Shown here: in pieces, positions 29,139 through 36,199 of the stretch
Layout: each line of letters begins with the position of its first letter
Position numbering within the stretch: position 1 is the stretch's first letter
NCBI GenBank assembly: GCA_015522685.1
Contig: WALU01000003.1
Span: 1-36,199 of the forward strand
DNA length: 36,199 nt
Source of the DNA: Thermoproteota archaeon
GTDB taxonomy: Archaea > Korarchaeota > Korarchaeia > Korarchaeales > Korarchaeaceae
Direction: 5' to 3'
Notes under the pieces: generated by a model
What the model saw: the letters and a program-made list of their open reading frames with translations, nothing else
Databases searched by the model: none
What the model was told of the DNA's origin: nothing
Made by a program: the position numbers and the translations under genes

Positions 29139-30329
29139 TTATGAGTCACTTAGCTCTCCAATTATCCTGAGATGATCCCTCAAAAGTCTTGTTATGAGGA
29201 AATTTTTCCTAGTATGCTCCTTGCCATTATAGCCCATGATCCTAGATAACCAAGGCCTCCTTATCAAGTGAATGACCTTCGCTGCAGCATCCTCAAGATC
29301 TCTTATTAGATAACCGGTGACGTTATCTAGGACTTGAAGCTTTATCCCACCTGATGGCCTAGCTATCACAGGTACGCCCTTCCATAACGCTTCAGTAACT
29401 GTCAGACCGAAACCTTCTCTCGTAGATAGCTGAAGAGCTACATAATAAGATCTTTGAATAGCATTTACCTCTAAATCTGGGAGATCTGTGAGTAGATGAG
29501 CATCCTCCAATTCTTCAACCTCTCTGCTTACGAGTTTATACCACCTACTGCTTTCCGGATCATCTGAGGCTGAAGATCCCACCATAACGAGCTGAGCATC
29601 CTTTATCCTCTCCTTTACGGTCTTGTATACATGAATGACACCAAGAGGATCCTTCCAAGGATCATATCTTGATACCTGACCAATAATCGGCCTGTCGGAA
29701 TCTACATCATATTTTTCCAATACCCTCAATATTTCAGAGGGCCCCAGCATCTTATTTTTCTCCGAGAGAGGATCTATAGCGGGATGAACTATGTAAGCTT
29801 TCCTCAATGGAAAGGCATAATCCTCCAGCGAAAATATGAGAGCATCATACTTCTCGATGAATCTAGTCAGAAAATTCAAAACGGATGGATTGGCGTTGGA
29901 TGGATCTATATGGCATCTCCATATCCAAGCGCCATCTCTTCGGCCTTCTATGATGGGGAGTGGCTGAGGATCGTGGACAAAAGTGAAATCTCCCTGCTTA
30001 AGTCTCATAAGGTTCCATCTGTTAACTTCAAGGTAGTGGGACCGCATATCTTCTGTGAATTGCAGCTCCCTGTCCCCCTGAAGAGAATTGTGTATCATCT
30101 TAGTGATCTCAAAGAATCTGTCATCTCCTTCTATAACTTCCCATCTGACTTTCAGGCCCAAGGAGGATAGAAGGGGAACTAGGCTACTGAGCATCTCTAC
30201 TATTCCCCCTCCATACCTAGTTGCATTTATGTGAACTATCTCGTATCCTCCAAGGCTTGAAGCCATTTCCTTAATTTCCTCTACCTCATCTTTTCTCATA
30301 AAGGGTGCATAATCGCTTAATCTCATCAT
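29139..30329 (-). CDS. treT: trehalose glycosyltransferring synthase (GT4)
   Basis: HINAT.YGGG.VEML, HNSLQG, HDPQP, WRCHID, PAIDPLSEKN, SRYDPWKDPLGVI, DDPE, EGFGLTVTEALWK. Confidence 0.9.
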   Translation of the reverse strand: MMRLSDYAPFMRKDEVEEIKEMASSLGGYEIVHINATRYGGGIVEMLSSLVPLLSSLGLKVRWEVIEGDDRFFEITKMIHNSLQGDRELQFTEDMRSHYLEVNRWNLMRLKQGDFTFVHDPQPLPIIEGRRDGAWIWRCHIDPSNANPSVLNFLTRFIEKYDALIFSLEDYAFPLRKAYIVHPAIDPLSEKNKMLGPSEILRVLEKYDVDSDRPIIGQVSRYDPWKDPLGVIHVYKTVKERIKDAQLVMVGSSASDDPESSRWYKLVSREVEELEDAHLLTDLPDLEVNAIQRSYYVALQLSTREGFGLTVTEALWKGVPVIARPSGGIKLQVLDNVTGYLIRDLEDAAAKVIHLIRRPWLSRIMGYNGKEHTRKNFLITRLLRDHLRIIGELSDS

Positions 30330-30766
30330 GGGATCTCCTTGGCAATCACCGAGCTATATCACAGGTACTTAAAATGATTGCTGGCGAGTAGAGAGATCAT
30401 ATTATACAGGAATCATCTAAGCTTGCAGCTTTCTAGCTTATGAGATGAGCTCATTTACAGCTAAATCTTACTTTCTTTCTTACTTTGCTCTACTCTAGCG
30501 ACCCCTCTCTCGCATACTACTATTTCCTGTAACTGTTGGGTCTCAGATGAAATCGCAAGAAATTCCAGTAGCCACTATCACAATTTCTAAAAGCTAATTC
30601 ACCATATATCAGATTGAGAAGAGAAGAGGCTAAGCTAAATTAAGAAAGGAAAAAGAAATTAGATGATATATTATGATCCGGTATTCCTTTAAATAGCTAA
30701 GAGTTTTAATTAGCGGATTCTCTTCCAAAAAGTGGTATCTATCACTACCTGTTTTTAGTGGTGGAG

Positions 30767-30865
30767 ATGATAAAGGTAAGGAGTATGATAATTGCGGGAA
30801 AAGTGCTGCTTATAGAGGGGAGTAGTACTGGAGTTAAGAAAGAAAACGTGAAAACTTTTTCATAA
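30767..30865 (+). pseudogene. possible relic of a short-chain dehydrogenase N-terminus
   Basis: 32-codon ORF after a GGTGGAG SD; MIIAGKVLLIEGSSTGV resembles the SDR start L.GKVALITG.S.GIG. Confidence 0.3.
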
Positions 30866-30948
30866 TCTGATTTAAGCGAAAGAGATGAACTGATGTAGAG
30901 CGCAATCATTATATGCTAAGTAACACTTGTCATACAATGGTGATGTGT

Positions 30949-31425
30949 ATGAGTAATAATTCAAAGCGTAAGGATGTCACTATTAGAGGGGTAAACTCTG
31001 ACCTCTATGATAAGGCAGCTGAAGTAGCGAGGAGAACCGGAAAGACCATCGGGGATGTGATAAACGAAGCTCTTAAACTCTTCTTAGACATGACTGAGGG
31101 CTTGAGAACCAGTTTACAGCCGATAGTTGATGGAGCTAAGGAGGCTGGTAAAATACTTGGGGCTAGTATGTCCTCTCTAGCTCCTGCGATGATCTCTAGC
31201 CTTGATGAACTTGAAATTTCTAAGGGAGATTTAGAACAGTTTAGAAAGAAGATCATTTTCTCTGATATCAAGAAACTATACTTTACAGATGATGTTGATT
31301 CAGAGACTTTAGAGAAGTATGTGGCAATGATAAGAAATTGTGAAGAAGTGAGAGTTCCTAAAAGTATATCCAAACTTCTGGTTCTCTCAAGGTGCAGGGA
31401 TATAGAAAAGTTAACTAATGAATGA
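30949..31425 (+). CDS. hypothetical protein with N-terminal ribbon-helix-helix-like segment
   Basis: VTIRGVNSDLYDKAAEVARRTGKTIGDVINEALKLFL; GGTGA SD before ATG 30949 (ORF extends upstream to 30913). Confidence 0.7.
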   Translation: MSNNSKRKDVTIRGVNSDLYDKAAEVARRTGKTIGDVINEALKLFLDMTEGLRTSLQPIVDGAKEAGKILGASMSSLAPAMISSLDELEISKGDLEQFRKKIIFSDIKKLYFTDDVDSETLEKYVAMIRNCEEVRVPKSISKLLVLSRCRDIEKLTNE

Positions 31426-31547
31426 TATGTTCATTTAGCACATCATCCATCTAACCGATTTATCATGCATAGCATTCTAAAAAGTTATGGTAATTCATCA
31501 AGGTTTGATTGGGTGGTACAATGATAAGTGCAGATGAGGAGGTAGAT

Positions 31548-32417
31548 ATGATAAGGATCTACGTATTAGCCGAGGATTATGCTGGTTATAACAGCCCATT
31601 TTGGGCGCAGCATGGGATTTCTTTTCTTATAGAAGTTAAGCTCAATGGAGTAAGACGAAGAATACTCTTCGATACCGCATCCTACTCAGAGCCCATACTT
31701 TTCAATATGAGAATTTTAGGTATAAACCCAAAGACTATAGATATGATAGTGCTTTCGCACAATCACTTCGACCACACAGGCGGTCTTCTAGGCATAATGA
31801 AGGAGATTGATAGGAAAGTACCTATATTTGCTCACCCTAATATATTCAAGGTAAGCTTTGCAATTGAACCAGAATTTACTTATGCCGGACCTCCTCTGGG
31901 AAAAAGGACAAGAGAAGAAGCTGAAAGGCTTGGAGGTACATGGATCCTAAGCAGAGATCCAGTATATTTAATGCCAGGAGTTTTCACACTTGGAGAGATT
32001 AAAGAAGAGGAGAAGGTTGATTTTGAGAGAGAGACAACTACTAGCCTATATAAACTGAAGGATGGAAAGATTATGAAAGATAGTGTAGAAGATGAAATAG
32101 GATTGGGCATAACTACTAAGAAGGGACTAGTTATAATTAGCGGGTGCTCTCATCCAGGGATAGTTAGTATGATGCACAAAGCTATCAAAATAAGTGGCCA
32201 TGAAACATATGCAGTTATAGGGGGATTTCACCTAATAAATGCTGATAAAGAGAGAATTCAAAACACCGTAAAAATTCTTAAGGATCTAGGTGTTAGGAAA
32301 ATCTACACAGGTCACTGCACAGGGCTCAAGGCTGAATCGATATTTCTGGAGGAATATGGGGTCAGAGGATTTAGGAAGCTTCACTCCGGAATGGTCATCG
32401 ATTTACCTAGGCCTTAA
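31548..32417 (+). CDS. MBL-fold metallo-hydrolase (COG1237 type)
   Basis: HGISFLIE, ILFDT, SHNHFDHTGG, GCSHPG, GGFHL, GHCTG; GAGGAGGT SD before ATG 31548. Confidence 0.9.
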   Translation: MIRIYVLAEDYAGYNSPFWAQHGISFLIEVKLNGVRRRILFDTASYSEPILFNMRILGINPKTIDMIVLSHNHFDHTGGLLGIMKEIDRKVPIFAHPNIFKVSFAIEPEFTYAGPPLGKRTREEAERLGGTWILSRDPVYLMPGVFTLGEIKEEEKVDFERETTTSLYKLKDGKIMKDSVEDEIGLGITTKKGLVIISGCSHPGIVSMMHKAIKISGHETYAVIGGFHLINADKERIQNTVKILKDLGVRKIYTGHCTGLKAESIFLEEYGVRGFRKLHSGMVIDLPRP

Positions 32418-32439
32418 ATGGTTGAGGAGCTTAAGCTAG

Positions 32440-32930
32440 CTATCCTCCTACCAAACCTTTACTAATGGCGCTCTTATCGTAGACCTCCTTCACATTTAAT
32501 AGGTAAGGTAAGCTTCTTGTCAGCTCGACTGTGGCTAATACCTCAAAATCTATGATCGAAGCTACCTCCTCCTTAAGCAGATATATATGCTTGAGAAATA
32601 GGCTTGCTCTCCTCTAGCATGCTCCCCATAAAGATTCCTCTTTCATCTTCAATCTTCTCGTAAGTTTCATCGCTTATAGCTATATGATCCCTGAAGACCT
32701 AAGAAACCTCCTTCAACAGATCCCTCTTGACAACGTAACCGCATCCGACGACCTTCTTATTGACCCTAATTCTTCCATTTATCACGGCTCCTGTGACCAG
32801 AACGGGATTATGCCTCAGGAATTCGAGGAACATTTTCTCTGGACTACCAACTCCGCCAATCAGTAGATTCTTCACCAGTTCCCTCCTAGGATAACAGTTC
32901 CAATCCAAGAAGTGTTGTGGAAGCAGGGCC
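32440..32930 (-). pseudogene. disrupted gene (in-frame TAG plus frameshift), family uncertain
   Basis: Protein-like reading continues through TAG at 32699-32701 (...LLKEVS*VFRDHIAISDETYEKIE...), then in another frame (LFLKHIYLLKEEVASIIDFEVLATVEL); no good start. Confidence 0.45.
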
Positions 32931-33050
32931 GCTTGAGTTCGCGGTTGGTAGACCTCTATGGGTAAATATGAGTCTTGGCTTGCTAGATTCTGTTAACTTA
33001 TTGATGTGGAATAAGAATAAAATATTTCGCACGCGATTACGCTAATTAAA

Positions 33051-33058
33051 TTTAAATA
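33051..33058 (+). promoter_or_regulatory. TATA box of the FeoA-domain/ABC operon
   Basis: TTTAAATA ending 36 nt before ATG 33095; GAGGTGA SD at 33084-33090. Confidence 0.65.
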
Positions 33059-33077
33059 TTAGATTAGACTAACCTAA
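33059..33077. promoter_or_regulatory. DtxR/IdeR-type metal-dependent repressor operator
   Basis: TTAGATTAGACTAACCTAA matches the DtxR consensus TTAGGTTAGCCTAACCTAA at 17/19; abuts the TATA box; precedes a FeoA-domain gene. Confidence 0.75.
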
Positions 33078-33094
33078 CGTATCGAGGTGATAAA

Positions 33095-34009
33095 ATGAAA
33101 ACAAAAAAGGTAGTAGACGTAAGAGGATTAAGTCCCCAGGAAAGACAGAAATTAGTAAGAGAAGAAAGCGAAGAGCTGGAGCCTGGAGAAATAATTGAAG
33201 TTATAAGCGATGATGGAAGAATGCAGAAATTAGCACCAAGAATAGCAGAGGCAATAGGAACGATAGAGTATATAGACGTGAGGAAGGAAGAAGATGGGCT
33301 ATATCATGGATACTTCAAGAGAATAGAATTAATACAATTGACAAATGCGAGGGGATATGTAAAGGTAGCGAAGATAGATGGAGGATCGCAAGTGAAAAAT
33401 GAATTGAAGAGCATGGATATTGAAATCAGGAAAACAATTGAAGTTCTTGACAGAGGAGTGAGTCATAAGCATCTTGGACCTCTAATAGTGAAATCGGAGA
33501 GAAGTGTATTGATTCCGAGAGGCATAGCAGATAAAATATTCGTTGATAGAAAGAAACTTCTTAATGTAGAGAGAGGAAAAGTGAAGATAACGAGCATGGA
33601 AGAATTGAATGAAGATATGATAGAAGGGCTTTCAAAAATAGGAATTGAAGTAGGGAAAGAGATTGAGGTAAGAGGTCATGATACAGAGAAAACATACAAA
33701 TTTGAGATAGATAACGAAGAATATACTCTTGGAGATGGAGAAGCAGCAAAAATTTTAGTGAAAACTGGAGGAGGAATAATTCAGGCGAATTTCATTGATG
33801 AAGGAATCATTGAAAGAATTATTGGAGGCACAGAATTCTATGATAAATTGGGAGATATCTCGGGGAAGAAGATAAAAATGATTAAGGAAGAGGAGAAAAG
33901 AGCACATGAAGGTCTGGGGCAATTTGTAGCTTTAAAAATAGGAGATAAGGAAGCTACTCTTGGAAGAGGTCTTGCTGAAAAAGTATGGGTCAAGAAGGTG
34001 GAAGAATGA
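33095..34009 (+). CDS. TusA/DUF2249-like domain fused to three FeoA (SH3-like) domains
   Basis: N-terminal VDVRGLSPQER...LEPGEIIEVISDD; three FeoA-like repeats ending IPRGIADKIFV, LGDGEAAKILV, LGRGLAEKVWV. Confidence 0.75.
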   Translation: MKTKKVVDVRGLSPQERQKLVREESEELEPGEIIEVISDDGRMQKLAPRIAEAIGTIEYIDVRKEEDGLYHGYFKRIELIQLTNARGYVKVAKIDGGSQVKNELKSMDIEIRKTIEVLDRGVSHKHLGPLIVKSERSVLIPRGIADKIFVDRKKLLNVERGKVKITSMEELNEDMIEGLSKIGIEVGKEIEVRGHDTEKTYKFEIDNEEYTLGDGEAAKILVKTGGGIIQANFIDEGIIERIIGGTEFYDKLGDISGKKIKMIKEEEKRAHEGLGQFVALKIGDKEATLGRGLAEKVWVKKVEE

Positions 34010-34128
34010 GGGGAGATATTGTTATGGATATGAGAGGTCTGGGAGTTCTGAAAAGGATAACGAAAGTGAAGAAAGAAGTGAAGCGTGCAAAGAGCGGTGA
34101 AATAATAGAAGGTGGTAAATATGAATAA
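34006..34128 (+). CDS. 40-aa ORF, N-terminal half of a TusA/DUF2249-like domain (possibly a truncated gene)
   Basis: MRGDIVMDMRGLGVLKRITKVKKEVKRAKSGEIIEGGKYE; ATGA overlap with the upstream stop; aligns by eye to residues 1-35 of the upstream protein. Confidence 0.55.
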   Translation: MRGDIVMDMRGLGVLKRITKVKKEVKRAKSGEIIEGGKYE

Positions 34129-35113
34129 AAAATGGCTTGGAATAATCGCAGTGGTCCTAACCGTGATTACAATCGGAGCAATTGCGGCGGTAATCCAATT
34201 TCAAGGTTCTTCAGAAAGCAATAAAGTTAAAATTGCTACTGGAAACTCGCTGTTAATATTTACTGATATCGCCAAAGTTTACGGAACTTATGAAAGAAAT
34301 GGGGTATCTATAAGTGGTGTTCTTATAACAGATGCACGTCCTGATATCCTCATACATAGTGATGTTGATTTCCAGCTGAGCCAGAGCCTCCCCTATTTAA
34401 AGGCTATATCAAGTGGTGCTCCTGTGAAACTTGTTGGAGAGGTTTCTGATAAAAATCCAATAATGCTTGTAGTAAGAGAGGATGAGAAAGATATGATAAA
34501 AAATATAAGTGATTTAAAGGGGAAAACTGTTCTTGTTCTATCTCCAGGAACTTCACCATATAAAATAGCAATTCAGAGCATGAAAGAGGCAGATCTGGAT
34601 ATTGAGAAAGATATTAATTTGACTTCTATTGGCAAGCCAAGTCCGCAAGTTGTATTATCAATGTTTGAGAAAAAAGAGGCAGATGCAGCTTTTCTCCCCC
34701 CACATCTCATTGCGCCAATAATTGCAAAAGGTTATGGTTCTTTATTAAATACCACAATGAAGTCAATGCTAAATGCTGGGATATTTGTCAGATCAGAAAC
34801 CATCAAGAATAATAGAGAACTTGTTGGAGCATTTGTCAGGGGAACAAATGAAACCCTAAAAATTATCGCTAACAATGATGCAAATGAAATTGCAAAAAAG
34901 CTTCTCAGCAATCCAGATACAAAAGAACATTATGCAGGTTACAACGAGACATCTCTGACAATATATGTAAAACTAATGAAGAGCGTCCTATCGGATAATG
35001 TAACCATAAGCGAGAAGGATTTCACAAATATTGTTAATTTTGCAAGAGATATACTGAGAGGCAAAGTGAGTTTTGAGGATACATGCGATACATCCTTTGC
35101 GGGAAAAAGATGA
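34121..35113 (+). CDS. NitT/TauT (SsuA/NMT1-like) ABC transporter substrate-binding protein, N-terminal TM anchor
   Basis: IKNISDLKGKTV, DAAFL, N.ELV.AFVR pattern; GGTGG SD before ATG 34121. Confidence 0.85.
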   Translation: MNKKWLGIIAVVLTVITIGAIAAVIQFQGSSESNKVKIATGNSLLIFTDIAKVYGTYERNGVSISGVLITDARPDILIHSDVDFQLSQSLPYLKAISSGAPVKLVGEVSDKNPIMLVVREDEKDMIKNISDLKGKTVLVLSPGTSPYKIAIQSMKEADLDIEKDINLTSIGKPSPQVVLSMFEKKEADAAFLPPHLIAPIIAKGYGSLLNTTMKSMLNAGIFVRSETIKNNRELVGAFVRGTNETLKIIANNDANEIAKKLLSNPDTKEHYAGYNETSLTIYVKLMKSVLSDNVTISEKDFTNIVNFARDILRGKVSFEDTCDTSFAGKR

Positions 35114-35841
35114 AATATCTAAAAGTGAAGATTAAGAATCTTATAATAAGTTATGGAACTCTGAGAGTGATAGATAATATAAGTTTATCTATAAATTCTG
35201 GAGATATAATTTCAATAATCGGACCAAGCGGGTGCGGTAAATCAACGCTCTTGAAGGTAATATCAGGAATATTAAAGAATGCAGATATTGCAGGGGAAAT
35301 AAGAGTAAATGCGAAGAGGCTGAGTTATGTATTTCAGGAAGATACGTTACTTCCATGGCGTAATGTTATCTCTAATATTTTTCTTCCCTATGAACTTCTA
35401 AACATTCCGGTGGATACAAAAAAAGTAAGAGAGTTTATAAAGATAGCAAGTCTGGATGGCTTTGAGAATTATTATCCCTCACAGCTTAGTGGTGGAATGA
35501 AGAGGAGGGCTGATTTAGTTAAGGCAGTTATAACAAACCCAGATTTATTAATACTTGATGAGCCATTTGGGGCATTGGATGCATATACCAGAATGAAGAT
35601 GCAAATATTTCTTCGCAATTTACTAAAAGAACTGACTGAGACAACAACTATACTAGTCACTCACGATGTTGAAGAGGCACTGTCTCTTTCAAATAGAGTA
35701 ATTGTACTGAGTAATAGACCTGCAAAGATATTAGACGAGATAAGGTCTAATGGATACAAAGATCCTATTGATATTAGAGTAACTGAAGAATTTATAGAGA
35801 ATAAGAAAAAGATTCTTAGAATGTTGGGAGGAATAAGATGA
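35110..35841 (+). CDS. NitT/TauT family ABC transporter ATP-binding protein
   Basis: GPSGCGKSTLL, VFQED.LLPWR.V..NI, YPSQLSGGM..R, LDEPFGALDAYTR, VTHDVEEA; ATGA overlap. Confidence 0.92.
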   Translation: MKYLKVKIKNLIISYGTLRVIDNISLSINSGDIISIIGPSGCGKSTLLKVISGILKNADIAGEIRVNAKRLSYVFQEDTLLPWRNVISNIFLPYELLNIPVDTKKVREFIKIASLDGFENYYPSQLSGGMKRRADLVKAVITNPDLLILDEPFGALDAYTRMKMQIFLRNLLKELTETTTILVTHDVEEALSLSNRVIVLSNRPAKILDEIRSNGYKDPIDIRVTEEFIENKKKILRMLGGIR

Positions 35842-36199
35842 AGAGAGAGATAATAATGATCCAATTTTCAATTATTTTAGGATTTTTCGCAATCTGGCAA
35901 ATATTAGCAGATATGTATATCATACCATCTTATCTAACAGGAACTCCCCTTGGCGCTTTAAATGCACTCACTAATTATATTCATTCATCATCATATTATG
36001 ATGATATTAAAGCAATGATTTTGGAGGTCGCAATTGGGCTTTTTTTGGGCATAATCTTTGGATTGTTTTTGGGAATTATAATAGGGAGTAGCGATAAACT
36101 TACTGCCATTTTTGCACCCTTTTTCTCCTCATTTATGGGAATACCAAAGGTTGTACTTGCTCCATTCATCATCTTAGCATTTGGTGGAATATCTCAATC
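35838..36199 (+). CDS. NitT/TauT family ABC transporter permease, 3'-truncated by window edge
   Basis: Not in the ORF track; MKREIIMIQFSIILGFFAIWQ...GLFLGIIFGLFLG...IPKVVLAPFIILAFG; ATGA overlap. Confidence 0.88.
   Translation, partial: MKREIIMIQFSIILGFFAIWQILADMYIIPSYLTGTPLGALNALTNYIHSSSYYDDIKAMILEVAIGLFLGIIFGLFLGIIIGSSDKLTAIFAPFFSSFMGIPKVVLAPFIILAFGGISQ

Noticed and set aside
32699-32701. In-frame TAG as possible pyrrolysine or read-through
   Set aside because: The same gene also has a frameshift and no proper start, and no pyl genes are in the window; decay is the simpler explanation
257-35864. Many 60-155 aa ORFs in the track that lie antisense or out of frame within longer genes
   Set aside because: Shadow ORFs of well-supported genes, with no motifs or independent start signals

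Overview
Gene-dense 36 kb segment from a thermophilic archaeon. The evidence is TATA-box promoters about 25 nt before many starts, GGTGA/GGAGG Shine-Dalgarno sites and archaeal-type enzymes; TACK/Korarchaeia-like affinity is only an impression. I found no rRNA, tRNA, CRISPR array, integrase or transposase. In order, the window holds: the 3' end of a cis-prenyltransferase (uppS) overlapping into three unknown genes; ADH synthase plus aroD; a polyferredoxin; a CBS protein; a membrane-anchored S16 protease; pdaD; potABC without potD; an M32 carboxypeptidase; an SPL-like radical SAM protein; an ABC-2 exporter with a divergent wHTH regulator and a perfect 19-bp palindrome; an isoaspartyl peptidase; a GT2; an aminotransferase; a prepilin peptidase; a NifB/NifX protein; an Lrp regulator; a trehalose cluster (fused TPS/TPP, ROK kinase, 2-hydroxyacid dehydrogenase, TreT); and several small gene relics. 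The best candidate for something new is at the AT-rich right end. A near-consensus DtxR/IdeR-type box next to the TATA box precedes a translationally coupled operon: a Cys-less TusA/DUF2249-like domain fused to three FeoA domains, an unlisted 40-aa TusA/DUF2249-like ORF, and a NitT/TauT-family ABC importer, with no adjacent feoB. All family calls come from motif recognition by eye; no database searches were run.
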